Source: a virus. Taken from it: a DNA stretch of 64,000 bases. The notes below the pieces were generated by a model that did no database searches, was not told the origin of the DNA, and worked only from the letters and a program-made list of their open reading frames with translations. Numbering within the stretch: position 1 is the first letter of the stretch; every line of letters begins with the position of its first letter. Below, one piece after another: positions 18,851-29,466 of this stretch. The translations under genes and the position numbers were made by a program. The stretch spans positions 1 through 64,000 of IMG/VR virus record IMGVR_UViG_3300036715_002570; one strand, given 5' to 3'.

Positions 18851-19737
18851 GGAACATACGCCTTGAGAGCTTGATCTTGAGCAGCAGTTCCTGCACCAAA
18901 GAATTGACGAGCGTCAACTCGCTGACCACTCACGTACACGTTATGACGATATAGCGTGCCACTAGCGATCTTCTCCCACACAATTGAGTTACGACCGCCG
19001 GAATTACCACAACCACCGCCAATGATCGTGAAACTAGTGTTTGAGGTTCGGCCGTAGTTCTGTGAGAAATATGTGGTCGCAGATGCGTATGTTGTGTGAA
19101 GTTCGGGAATACTGTTGCGTTTGAGAGCAGCATTCAACTCATCAAACAGAGCGCCAGCCAATGTCGAGTACGGATACGTGTTCGCATCGCCAGCGTATCG
19201 TTCTATGTTGCTTTCAAAATACGCATTCTTCAACCGGCGGTGATACACATCAATTTCCTCAGGAACATCCGCTTCATCGATCGTATTGCCAAGGTCGAAC
19301 GCCTCTTGCCTTGCAGATGCCTTAGTTTGCCTTTGCGCCATCGAAGCCTCGCTCTTACGTTGGTTGATTTCTTGTGTGTGATTCTGGTACGTAGTTCGCA
19401 GTTGATCTCGATGGACCTTAACATTGCTTAAGGCTCGGTATGCATTGCGGATGCGTGGATCCGCATCCTTTCGAACGGCGTAGTTGCCAAATTGATCGTA
19501 TTGGTTCTCTTTCTCAGACGGGACACTCCACGAAGATAGTATCGTTCCCGCTGGAGGGACCAGTTGTTGGACAATAGCATTGGCTTTAGCCTCATAGTGA
19601 TCATACGCCGCCTGAGCCTCAGCCGTCGCAACCCGCAGCTCTTCGTTGTACTTCTTCTCACTCTTGGCGCGAGGGAGTTCTTCAAACGGGTTTAACGCAG
19701 GTGTGCGTGCTTCAATGACGATCTGTGTGAGTTTCAT
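18847..19737 (-). CDS. hypothetical protein, PF.ELP family
   Basis: MKLTQIVIEARTPALNPFEELP. Confidence 0.65.
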   Translation of the reverse strand: MKLTQIVIEARTPALNPFEELPRAKSEKKYNEELRVATAEAQAAYDHYEAKANAIVQQLVPPAGTILSSWSVPSEKENQYDQFGNYAVRKDADPRIRNAYRALSNVKVHRDQLRTTYQNHTQEINQRKSEASMAQRQTKASARQEAFDLGNTIDEADVPEEIDVYHRRLKNAYFESNIERYAGDANTYPYSTLAGALFDELNAALKRNSIPELHTTYASATTYFSQNYGRTSNTSFTIIGGGCGNSGGRNSIVWEKIASGTLYRHNVYVSGQRVDARQFFGAGTAAQDQALKAYVP

Positions 19738-20117
19738 GGTGTTGAGCCTTTGGATCCGATATTTATTGCTACGCGTTGCTAAGGCTCGGGTATTTGCTGT
19801 AGCGTATAAATATGGGACGAACCTCATGGGAGTCCTCAATGAAGCTGACTGAACTACCTACAGCACCACAAGCTACCACAATTCAAACGCCCGTCCAAGT
19901 TGACGAGAGCGTTGAGGCGGCTGCGCCTCAAGATCTGCCAGGAATGTACGGCATCGATCCCAAGTCTGCTGAAGGTGTGACAATGCTTAAGCGTCTGAAG
20001 CGGATGCAGAAGACGGATCCAGCTTTGTACGCTCGAATCATGAGCATGGATTGAGTGGAGGGATAAACTAGCGTCACATAAATACGCGTTCAACACCACC
20101 TTGTGTAGGACACGATT

Positions 20118-21113
20118 ATGCGACTGTTAGATGTATCTAAGCTACTCGAAATGGCTGGCCCAGCCCAAACCTGCGGCAACTGCGGAGCTAGCCCAATCCA
20201 CAAAACCCACAACTACAGCAAAGATGCAAATGGCGGCACCCGCTGGGCATGTCGCGGCGCAAACGTTCAAGCGTTCCAAGCTGCTGGCGGTAAGCCAACT
20301 CCCGATCCCGCTACTGGTCGGTATTTCTTTGTGCCCGCTACCGGCACTACACCTGCCGTAACCACTCCAGCTGCAGCACCCACAGCCGGTCCAGCATCAT
20401 CCGCGACACCCGCAGCACCAAAAGCAGCAGTTCCTAAAGCAGCACCAAAGCCCGCTGCTACCCCTGCTCCGGCACCATCCAGTCCTGCTCGCCCCTTCCG
20501 TAAGCAGGCAGAAGAATGGCTAAAGAGTAAGAAGGTAGAAAACTTTACCTTTAACGCTGACGATTCCGTTGACGTTGATGATGACGTTACGTTCGCTGCA
20601 CTCCGCTACACAACGCTGCCGATTAAGTTTGGCAAAGTTGCAGGCAACTTCTCTGTGGTTGGTAGCGCATTGACGTCATTCAAGAACTTCCCCGATCGCG
20701 TGGATGGTTCACTGTATGTGTCTGCCTCCCCAATCACCCACCTGGATGGCTGCACAACATCGATTGGTGAAGACTTCACGTTGAAAGACATGAAGGAATT
20801 GGAATCGATGGCTTCTGCGAAGCCTATTGAGGTTGGTGAAGACTTTAAGCTCAGCGCCCCACTGTTGAGCTCACTACCTGGCATCAACAAGTACATCAAG
20901 CGCGTTGGCGGCCGAGTCACCATTGAAATGGAACTCAAGAGTCATGCTCTAGGTTTGATGGCAATCCGTGGTGTAAAAGAAGTTCAATTACAATACCAAA
21001 ACCGCGCAGTCTCAGACATCATGAACAAGCACTTGAAGTCGGAAGATCGCGACATCAATGCGGCTCAAGAAGAAATGATTGACGCAGGCTTCACAGCCCT
21101 CGCTAAGATGTAA
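20118..21113 (+). CDS. Pro/Ala-linker protein with LRR-like repeat domain
   Basis: LPIKFGKVAGNF; C-terminus similar to 53888-54514. Confidence 0.6.
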   Translation: MRLLDVSKLLEMAGPAQTCGNCGASPIHKTHNYSKDANGGTRWACRGANVQAFQAAGGKPTPDPATGRYFFVPATGTTPAVTTPAAAPTAGPASSATPAAPKAAVPKAAPKPAATPAPAPSSPARPFRKQAEEWLKSKKVENFTFNADDSVDVDDDVTFAALRYTTLPIKFGKVAGNFSVVGSALTSFKNFPDRVDGSLYVSASPITHLDGCTTSIGEDFTLKDMKELESMASAKPIEVGEDFKLSAPLLSSLPGINKYIKRVGGRVTIEMELKSHALGLMAIRGVKEVQLQYQNRAVSDIMNKHLKSEDRDINAAQEEMIDAGFTALAKM

Positions 21114-21129
21114 CCTTAATGATTCAGAG

Positions 21130-21960
21130 TTACCTAGCGTGTCGCAAGTAACTCTGAATCACAGCAGCATCTCTCCACATAAACGTCTTCAAGGTCATCA
21201 GTTGACTACCAATGTAGACGTACGTTACTATCGTACCACCGTGCTTGTCGCGCAAGATCAGGGCGTTCTTAGTTGTATTGCGGACCGCAAACACATACTC
21301 GCCCGTGTCTTTGAAGCTTGAGTATTGTTGGGTCAGGGTAGGCATGCCCTCAGCAACCAACAGCCTGTTTAACCTGTCAATACCAGCCTTAGCTTCTGTT
21401 GACATTAGACGTGTGTTAACCGATCCGTGGTATTGGCCGATTGAGCCACCCCAGTATGGGTTGGAGATATTTTGAGCCTTGATGCGTCCATTGAATATCG
21501 TTAAGGCTTTAGTCATTGTCGAATCAACGGGCTGCTGCGGGACAGCTGTTGAGGCTCGCGTTTGAGCAGAGGTGACCTTCTTGTCGATGATTTCCTGCTT
21601 GCGCTTCTTTTTCAATTCTGATAAGCGCTTACTCAACTCTGCCAATTGTGTTGACACGCGTGCGTACGCCTTACAGGCGCGGACGATAGTGGGATCTGGT
21701 TGGTTGCCACGCGCGCATACGTAAGACATGTACTGCGACAGGGGAAGTTTAACCAGGGGTGGTGTCAGCGTTGTCCACGACATCGCCAGTTGGTTTGGGT
21801 AGCGCTTCACCAAACGCTCTCGCATGTGCTGCTCTGCATGCGCTAGAGTTTGCCTCTCATCCTTAATCCGCGTGATGATTTTCTCCGTTTTGTTTGGAGT
21901 GTCATCCGGCAGTTCTGCGAACGGGTCGTTGGTTTCAATCAGGAATTGGAGTAGATTCAT
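21130..21960 (-). CDS. hypothetical protein, PF.ELP family
   Basis: MNLLQFLIETNDPFAELP. Confidence 0.65.
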   Translation of the reverse strand: MNLLQFLIETNDPFAELPDDTPNKTEKIITRIKDERQTLAHAEQHMRERLVKRYPNQLAMSWTTLTPPLVKLPLSQYMSYVCARGNQPDPTIVRACKAYARVSTQLAELSKRLSELKKKRKQEIIDKKVTSAQTRASTAVPQQPVDSTMTKALTIFNGRIKAQNISNPYWGGSIGQYHGSVNTRLMSTEAKAGIDRLNRLLVAEGMPTLTQQYSSFKDTGEYVFAVRNTTKNALILRDKHGGTIVTYVYIGSQLMTLKTFMWRDAAVIQSYLRHAR

Positions 21961-22056
21961 GGTCAGGAGGCTTAGTGTGAGCAGGTATTTATCAAACCTG
22001 GCGCTGGACCGCCGTTGGTGATAAATAGGAGATCAACTTGACTAACGGGATCTCGC

Positions 22057-25000
22057 ATGGCCAATCAACAAACAATGAAACTGACCCAAAAAGTGCTTCG
22101 TCATATGGAAGCTATGGCGTCAGGCAATCAAGTCGGTAGCATCTTACTCGCAGGCGACCCAGGCATTGGTAAGACAACAATGATCTCTCTGCTTGCAGCG
22201 TTGCTCGGCATGAAGGCTGTGATCATTGAAATTCCGCACATCACTGAAGAACACTTGATCAACATCCCGTTCTTGGTGTTCAACTCTACGACCGGCGCAA
22301 AGACACACGGTTCCACAAACGTTGACACAAACGTTGACACAAGCAAGATGTCAATGGTTCTGGCTGACTCGAACCTGTTTACTGCACTACAAAGCGCAAA
22401 GGCACTGTCAGATGCAGAGTACTTGACATATATGTCAACAAAGGCTCCCCGTCACGTCCAGATGGTCTATCAACAGATGGGTGGCACTGCTGATAAGATT
22501 CCACCAGCGATTGCCCGTGCACGTAAGTCACACAGCACGATTTTGTTCCTCGACGAATACTACCGTATGACGTCCATGCGTATCCGCAACATCATGCGTG
22601 GTATCCTGAACGGTAACATCGGTATGCACAAGATTCCAAAAAATGTGTACATCATGTACGCATCTAACATGCGCGATCCGCATGCTGGTCTGGAGGAAAT
22701 CCCATCGAATCACCAATTCAACGTTGTTGAATTCAAGCCGCCAACCAAAGACGAATGGTTCATCTATCTCGCATCCACGTATGAGCACCACTCTCATATC
22801 CGCCTGAACGAGACTGTGATCCGTAAGTTTCAGAAGATTCTAAAGGATGAAGACATCAGCTATGATGACGTCAACGTTGGCGTCCGCACATCACCGCGTC
22901 GTTGGGAACAACTGATCACGTACATCAACACGTCGATTCCCGTCAAAGATACGACAGAAGCTCGCGCTCTGCTGACAAACGTCAAGAACAACTTCATCCA
23001 CTACCAAGAGGAAACGCACAGCAATCTCGCCGGCAAGGTGACGAAGGCAGTTGCGGAGCTAATCAAGGAAACGTCTGGTATTGACGTCAATGAAAAGGAT
23101 ACGCTAGAGCCACACGAATGGCGTACGGCTCTAGATCACGCAATCACTCAAATCATTCGTTCTGGTGGCGATCGGAAGCACATCCCCGTTGTTTCCGGCC
23201 CTCCAGGTATCGGTAAAGCTCAGCCACTGTATTCTAAAATCAAGACTCCAACGGGCTGGACCACGATGGGAGAGATCCGCGTTGGTGACGTATTAACTAT
23301 GCCCAACGGAGATAAGGCACCTGTGAGTGCTGTATATCCTCAAGGGAGGAAAGAGATTTTCGAACTGACGTTTGCGGATGGTCGAAAGACGCATGCATGT
23401 GCTGAGCACCTATGGAACATTAAAAAAGACCGTGAAAATAACTGGCAAACCGTTGACACGCATGAAATAGAACGCCTACTGAACACAACGAATCGTTGGG
23501 TGTACGTGCAGCTACCCGACAATACTGCCCCCCCTGTTGATGTTCCAATGGATCCATACTTGTTGGGTGTACTGTTGGGCGATGGTTCAATGACATCCCA
23601 CACAATTAGCCTATCAACTGCCGATACACAGATTCTTAGCAACGTAAATGATCTGCTGTCAGAAGGTTATAGTTTCAGGCACAGTAGCAACTACGATTAT
23701 CGTCTGACTCGAGAGCGTGACTCGTATGAAATTGAACCTACGTGGAAGATGGCAGGAATGTATGAAAACGCGTATGTTCAAAAATTAAGTGCTCTTGGAT
23801 TGCTCGGCAAGAGCAGCCTAGAGAAGTTTATTCCTAATGTATATAAGCAGGGATCGCGCGAACAAATTGAACAACTTCTGGCGGGATTAGTTGATACAGA
23901 CGGATATGTGAACAAACAAGGCGCAATCTCTATCTCTACAAGCAGTCGTCAATTGGCTGAGGATATTCAATACATTGTTCGATCAATTGGTGGTATTGCG
24001 AAGATAGCGACAAAGTATCCAACTTACACTTATCAAGGTGAAAGGAAAATTGGCAGTGTGGCATACACTGTGTCAATTCGCTATCCAACACCTCGCGCAT
24101 TATCTCACCTCGATCGTAAGCTTGCTCGAATCCCCAACCACTATCAGTATAGCGATTTGAACCTTCGCGTAGTGTCTATCGATTCAATCGGGGAGGACGA
24201 AGCACAGTGCATCATGGTTGATCACCCCGAACATCTGTATATCACAGATGACTTTATCGTGACACACAACACATCCCAAGCATGGGAAATCGCCGAAAAG
24301 CACAACCTTCGTTTGATTGAAATTGACGTCAGTGAGTTGTTTGCTGACGACGCTGTCGGTATGCCGCTGCCAGGCGAACGCAACGGCAATCAGATCAAGG
24401 TGCAATTCTCCGCTCCCAAATTGTATAAGCAAATCATGGACATGATTGAGCGTAAGGATAAGGCGTACATTGATGAATTGTCGCAAGACCCTGAGGCGGA
24501 TGCTCAGGCTGAGATTGCCAAGTACAAAAAGCAACCATTTAAGTATCTGATTCTGCTTGACGAATTGAACCGCGTTGACCAGAAGACGTTCAACTCCCTT
24601 CGCCGCGTGATCTTGGAAAAGAACTTTGGTGGTAAGGATGAAGAAACGGGTGAGGAATACAAGCTGCCTAAGTCCGCAATTGTGATTGGTGCTATCAATC
24701 CACACGGTGCTGGTACGGAAACACTGACGCAACACTTCCGGGATGCAATTGACGTGATTCCTGCCAAGGGTTCGTGGGACGCGACAAAGTCGTGGCTGAA
24801 GGGTAAGAAGTTCGAGGGAATCACAGATGACGTCCGTACGGTCGTTGAACAGCTGATGAATGCATTCGCAGATAAGTTTGCCGACAAGAGTGAAACACAC
24901 GGTAAGCACCAGCGTGCGTTCAACCTCGACATCAATGGCATGCCTCTGTACATCTCTCCTCGTGAGTACTCTGACATGCACGCAACTTTGATGCGTGAAA

Positions 25001-25701
25001 TCAATGCACGATTCAAGTACCTACTGGATGACCCCGACATCAAGGAATCGCAGATGCGTCCTGAGTTGGATGAGGCTGTGTATGAAGCGTTTGAAGACTC
25101 GCTGAACATGGTGTTCTACAAGCAGAATGCTGACATGAAGGATGAATTCATGGCTAAGTTGCATTCATGGGTTACGCACCTGCCAGCAACAATGTATAAT
25201 CAGTTGATCAAGAAGACAGCCTCAGGCATTCACGCTCTGTCTAACGTCATGAGCAAGTACTTGGATGGATCAACAGATCTAGCCAAGATGCCCGACGACG
25301 TCCACATCGTTAACGCAAACAACACAATTAACCATGCCCAGTTCATGGAAGAAATCAAGTCGGCACTAACGAACAAGATCGTTGATGACAGCACGGTTCA
25401 GAAGTACATTCTTGATGAAGTACACCCACGCGTTCGGTTGCAGGGTGACGAAATCATTGCCGATGGTCCTGACACCTCCTTGCTAACCAACTTCTTCATG
25501 TCGTTGCTATACACACTGCACTTGCACGAGTACGCACACGACCGTCTGGCAGTCGTTGGTAAGGCACTGTCAACAATGATGTCAGACACACGTAAGCGTC
25601 TGATCAAGGACGGCAAGATCACAGAAGATATTGCCGACGAAGCATCCACGTCTGTTGCTAACCTGCGCTCTGAATTGGTCGACGTAATTGAGGCTCTATA
25701 A
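22057..25701 (+). CDS. tandem AAA+ ATPase (MoxR/dynein-related) with intein
   Basis: Two Walker A (GDPGIGKT, GPPGIGK/T) and two Walker B (LFLDEY, ILLDELNR). Confidence 0.85.
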   Translation: MANQQTMKLTQKVLRHMEAMASGNQVGSILLAGDPGIGKTTMISLLAALLGMKAVIIEIPHITEEHLINIPFLVFNSTTGAKTHGSTNVDTNVDTSKMSMVLADSNLFTALQSAKALSDAEYLTYMSTKAPRHVQMVYQQMGGTADKIPPAIARARKSHSTILFLDEYYRMTSMRIRNIMRGILNGNIGMHKIPKNVYIMYASNMRDPHAGLEEIPSNHQFNVVEFKPPTKDEWFIYLASTYEHHSHIRLNETVIRKFQKILKDEDISYDDVNVGVRTSPRRWEQLITYINTSIPVKDTTEARALLTNVKNNFIHYQEETHSNLAGKVTKAVAELIKETSGIDVNEKDTLEPHEWRTALDHAITQIIRSGGDRKHIPVVSGPPGIGKAQPLYSKIKTPTGWTTMGEIRVGDVLTMPNGDKAPVSAVYPQGRKEIFELTFADGRKTHACAEHLWNIKKDRENNWQTVDTHEIERLLNTTNRWVYVQLPDNTAPPVDVPMDPYLLGVLLGDGSMTSHTISLSTADTQILSNVNDLLSEGYSFRHSSNYDYRLTRERDSYEIEPTWKMAGMYENAYVQKLSALGLLGKSSLEKFIPNVYKQGSREQIEQLLAGLVDTDGYVNKQGAISISTSSRQLAEDIQYIVRSIGGIAKIATKYPTYTYQGERKIGSVAYTVSIRYPTPRALSHLDRKLARIPNHYQYSDLNLRVVSIDSIGEDEAQCIMVDHPEHLYITDDFIVTHNTSQAWEIAEKHNLRLIEIDVSELFADDAVGMPLPGERNGNQIKVQFSAPKLYKQIMDMIERKDKAYIDELSQDPEADAQAEIAKYKKQPFKYLILLDELNRVDQKTFNSLRRVILEKNFGGKDEETGEEYKLPKSAIVIGAINPHGAGTETLTQHFRDAIDVIPAKGSWDATKSWLKGKKFEGITDDVRTVVEQLMNAFADKFADKSETHGKHQRAFNLDINGMPLYISPREYSDMHATLMREINARFKYLLDDPDIKESQMRPELDEAVYEAFEDSLNMVFYKQNADMKDEFMAKLHSWVTHLPATMYNQLIKKTASGIHALSNVMSKYLDGSTDLAKMPDDVHIVNANNTINHAQFMEEIKSALTNKIVDDSTVQKYILDEVHPRVRLQGDEIIADGPDTSLLTNFFMSLLYTLHLHEYAHDRLAVVGKALSTMMSDTRKRLIKDGKITEDIADEASTSVANLRSELVDVIEAL
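23218..24270 (+). mobile_element. intein with LAGLIDADG endonuclease (Ala1, class-3-like)
   Basis: K/AQPLYS...IVTHN/T; LLGVLLGDG and LLAGLVDTDG. Confidence 0.9.
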
Positions 25702-27671
25702 TGAAGTTCTATCGTATCGATGAAGCCCTGGAGCAGCGCCGCTTTGCTCCGGGCGCTGTGAAGTTTTCAAAGTCAGATTTCACAGATCCACACATCGTTG
25801 CCGTAATTCAAGCAATGGCACAGGCACCTGGCGTCACCCCACAGGCGATTGAGGCACAGGTCCAAGCTCGCCTGAACAAGCTGCATACGATGGCAGCCCG
25901 TGCTCCGTTTCTGTATCAAACAATCATCCAGAATGGTGTTGAAAATGAACTGTTTTCAATGTTCTGGAAGATGGACGTTCCAGTTAACGGCCCCAAGTTC
26001 CGCAGCCTAACGTTCCAGCGTCTGCAGCGTACAATTGCCGGTGAACATGATGAATTCTGGCCTCTGCGTAGTTTCATTGAGAAACGGCCACTAACAGCTA
26101 AGTGGGATCTCAATGAAATCCCACCCGGCCAACCAGGCGTAACGACCGCGGCAGCAACCCCAAGTGGTACGTTCATCTTCAACATTCCATTCATGCAGAA
26201 GTTGATGGACTACGCTCACCTGAAACAGGTGAAGCCAAAAGGCCGCAAATACGTATGCAATGGTGGTGACATCCCTGATGAATATGCGTACATCGAGTTC
26301 TTGATCATGCACGAACTGATGCACTACAGCAATGATGACTTCTATTACCAGAAGATCATTCCAAATGCTAACCCCCGAATCATCAACTGGGTTGGCGACT
26401 TCCGCTCAAATTACCTTTTGGTTAAAAGTGGATACGAACAGTTGCCTCTGGGACTTTTCAACGACGGAATCAATTATGACCGCCAAAAGTCATACGTTGA
26501 GATGTACAACATTGTCAAGGCGGAATTTGACAAGCTAAACGCCCAGGAACAAGAAGAGGTTGGTGACAAGCTTGATGAGATGGGTGACGACCATAAGCCT
26601 GGCCAGGAAGAAGGCGCTGAAAGCGACGTCCAACCCGGTGAGGGCGAAGGTGAGGGCGAAGGTGAGGGCGAAGGTGAGGGCGAAGGTGAGGGCGAAGGTG
26701 AGGGCGAAGGTGAGGGCGAAGGTGAGGGCGAAGGTGAAGGAGACGGTGCCGACCCATCCGCAAAGGGCAACAAGAAAGCCCCCACAGGCCGTCCAGGCAC
26801 AATGACCCCAGAACAAATCGATGAGAACGCGCGCCGCATTGCCGGTCAGATGAAAGACGGCAAGGATAAGACCTCTCAAGAAGTTGAGAAAGAAACCAAG
26901 GCCAAGCGTGCTGGAGAAGGATCCGGAGAGAGCTCCGCAAACGGCGCGCCCGGTTCCGGTAATGGCGGTAGCCCGTTAGAGATTGACTATTCTAAGGTCA
27001 AGCCGTCGTTCGACTGGAAGACGCTCGTTAAGCGATTCCTTTCTACTGCAAAGCCGCAGATGGAAGATACGTATGCGAAACCGAACCGTCGAGCTGTTTC
27101 ACAGCTCGACATCGCCCGGCAGCTCGGTGCGGGTGCAATGAAGCCAGGAGAGCGTGTTGGTGCAACAACTGACAGTAAACTGGGCTTCTTGTTTGACGCG
27201 TCTGGCTCAATGGCTGGCGTGATTTCAAAAGTGTTTGCAAACGCTGTCAACTTGTTGAAGACGCCACAGTTCAAGAATGCTACGTCGCTGGTGTTCCGCT
27301 TTAGTGGATCGTACTCAATGTACAAAGTAATGTTTGCTCAGAACAAGGCAGCAAAAATCGCCAGTGTCAAGGATAAAGTTGCAGCTTGGCCTCTAACGCC
27401 GCATGCGGCGTTTAACATGGCAGAGAGTGGTGGCACTGTATTCTCAAACGTGCTCGCTGGTAAGATCATTGAAGCATTGAAGGATAAGTGGAACATCATC
27501 TTTTTCTTGGATAGCGACATTTACACAGGCAACGAGAACCTGATCAACTTCCTGACTGTAATCAAAGCAGCACCAAACCAAGTGTTCGTTGTGTTCGACA
27601 GCGTTCAAACATATCAACAATTCCGCAAGATTAGTGGGATCACTACCCCAAATATCACCCATTTCAGTTGA
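25701..27671 (+). CDS. HEXXH metallopeptidase-like plus vWA-like protein (DUF2201-like), AAA partner
   Basis: HELMH, DASGSM, GGT, DSD. Confidence 0.75.
   Translation: MKFYRIDEALEQRRFAPGAVKFSKSDFTDPHIVAVIQAMAQAPGVTPQAIEAQVQARLNKLHTMAARAPFLYQTIIQNGVENELFSMFWKMDVPVNGPKFRSLTFQRLQRTIAGEHDEFWPLRSFIEKRPLTAKWDLNEIPPGQPGVTTAAATPSGTFIFNIPFMQKLMDYAHLKQVKPKGRKYVCNGGDIPDEYAYIEFLIMHELMHYSNDDFYYQKIIPNANPRIINWVGDFRSNYLLVKSGYEQLPLGLFNDGINYDRQKSYVEMYNIVKAEFDKLNAQEQEEVGDKLDEMGDDHKPGQEEGAESDVQPGEGEGEGEGEGEGEGEGEGEGEGEGEGEGEGEGEGDGADPSAKGNKKAPTGRPGTMTPEQIDENARRIAGQMKDGKDKTSQEVEKETKAKRAGEGSGESSANGAPGSGNGGSPLEIDYSKVKPSFDWKTLVKRFLSTAKPQMEDTYAKPNRRAVSQLDIARQLGAGAMKPGERVGATTDSKLGFLFDASGSMAGVISKVFANAVNLLKTPQFKNATSLVFRFSGSYSMYKVMFAQNKAAKIASVKDKVAAWPLTPHAAFNMAESGGTVFSNVLAGKIIEALKDKWNIIFFLDSDIYTGNENLINFLTVIKAAPNQVFVVFDSVQTYQQFRKISGITTPNITHFS
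26637..26732 (+). repeat. 12-bp tandem repeat GGTGAGGGCGAA x8 encoding a (GE)n linker
   Basis: Eight identical units. Confidence 0.95.
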
Positions 27672-27992
27672 TCAAACGGTAGGGTAACTTGGATAGTGTT
27701 AGCATTGAAAAACAAGGAAGTATATGTGGCAATACTGCAACAAGCGTGCACACGATAGCATTTAACCCCAGACACCCACCCAAAAAGGTACCTCGAATGG
27801 CTGATGAAGCGAACGCCCCCGTGATCCGCGCGTTGTTCGGTATGGTACTCCTGATGGTGATATCAGTGGGTTACGTGCTGTACAGCTTGTCCTCCAGCTT
27901 TGTGCCCAAGTACATCAGCATCCCAATCGGGTGCATTCCAGCCACATGGCTGGCTTACACCCAGGTTCTCCGATGGTTCAGAAAGTGACATC

Positions 27993-28358
27993 ATGACACC
28001 GGCAATTGGCTTCCTATACCAACACGTTGATGGTGGCTTATACCAAGTTACAGGACTTGGCAAAAGCACTGTTGACCAAACGGATCAGGTAGTGTATAAG
28101 CACCTGTTCCCATTTGAAGCAGCAACGTGGATTCGTCCTCTAGTGGAATGGACCGAACAACGGTTTCGGTTGATCTCCTCAAAAGAGTATGACCACATCA
28201 CCGCTTCGACAACGCGAGAAAAGATGCAACAACGCATTGAACAACACAAGGCAGCCCGCAAAGCGCCCGTCAAGCATCAGTGTGAATGGTGCAGCGACAC
28301 CAAGACGGTGTCTGACAATCTAGGTAACCACTACGATTGCATCTGCACTGTTTCGTAA
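27993..28358 (+). CDS. DUF1653-like protein
   Basis: YQH..GGLYQV...VVY...WIRPL.E. Confidence 0.6.
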   Translation: MTPAIGFLYQHVDGGLYQVTGLGKSTVDQTDQVVYKHLFPFEAATWIRPLVEWTEQRFRLISSKEYDHITASTTREKMQQRIEQHKAARKAPVKHQCEWCSDTKTVSDNLGNHYDCICTVS

Positions 28359-28361
28359 CTA

Positions 28362-28433
28362 TCGGGCGTAGAGTAGGTATGAAGTGAGCTGTATACAGCT
28401 CACTTCACAGGTTCAATTCCTGTCACCCGAACA
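28362..28433 (+). ncRNA. tRNA-like element with perfect palindrome replacing D and anticodon arms
   Basis: Acceptor and T arm present; TGAAGTGAGCTGTATACAGCTCACTTCA. Confidence 0.45.
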
Positions 28434-28447
28434 AATAAGGATTTGCC

Positions 28448-28873
28448 ATGGACTGGCATCAAGGATCCGGCACGATCATCTACGATCCACATCGTGCTGG
28501 CATGAAACGAGACATCGACGGTTGGTGCATCATTGCCGCCGATCGTGAAATCACCCGCTACTACCGCTGGTGGTTGCAGAAGGAACGGCATATCTTGCTG
28601 GATCAACCGTCCTGGGATGCGCACATTTCCGTCGTTCGTGGCGAACTTCGTGCAACTCGCCATCAAAACTGGAAGCGTCGCGCAGCAATGAAGGTCAACT
28701 TCAAGTACCAGCACGGAGACGTGCAAACTACGAAGGATGCGGATCGTCCCGGAACGTTCTACTGGATTCGCGTTGACTGTCCTGCAGTTGATGAGATCCG
28801 GACGGAGCTTGGTCTTCCGACGTCTTGGAAATACCATCACATGACGATCGGTCGGACCCATTACGACTGTTGA
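28448..28873 (+). CDS. 2H phosphoesterase-like protein
   Basis: HISV and HMTI motifs. Confidence 0.6.
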   Translation: MDWHQGSGTIIYDPHRAGMKRDIDGWCIIAADREITRYYRWWLQKERHILLDQPSWDAHISVVRGELRATRHQNWKRRAAMKVNFKYQHGDVQTTKDADRPGTFYWIRVDCPAVDEIRTELGLPTSWKYHHMTIGRTHYDC

Positions 28874-29466
28874 AAGGTGAAAAGTCATCAGCTATTCTAG
28901 GTGTTAACTAGAAGAAGGATAGTTGATGACCAAATCCCGGATCAAGATTGTATTCCCTCCAGAAACGATCGCTCAGATTGAGCGTGATTACCCTGCTGAC
29001 CAAGTTCAAAAGGTCATCGACGAACTGACTGCAGCAGCACAGCAATCACTCGACGAAGATACAGGGACTGTGTTTGATGAACTTCACGAAGAAGACCCCG
29101 AACTGCTGATTGCACTACAAGCGCAAATGAAGCGTCTCGGATATTCCACGTTGGATGAATGGTTCAACGCAGAGACAGAAAAACCTGTCTTGAACTGACA
29201 TATATACATGACCATTGATCACAGCTATTACCGAACAGAACTTCACGTGTTGCAAAACGTTTGTCACGGTGACAACGAAAAGTTCCTGAACGCTGTTGCT
29301 ACGATCATTGGCAACCTGACTGCTCAAAGAGATCGGTTTGCTACCGATCTCTGAATGGCAGAGCATGAGATTCGTATGTTGCGAACTTGGTATCTGTAGC
29401 CATTAAATGGCCAAACAGCGTCATACACCTACACATTCCTCATGTAAGCAATGAGGAAAGCTCAAG

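Noticed and set aside
26637-26732. CRISPR array
   Set aside because: Spacer-less in-frame coding repeat; no repeat-spacer array seen anywhere in the window.
29208-29354. Third attenuator leader before the middle tRNA group
   Set aside because: Composition does not match nearby tRNAs, hairpin lacks a U tract, no boxA seen.
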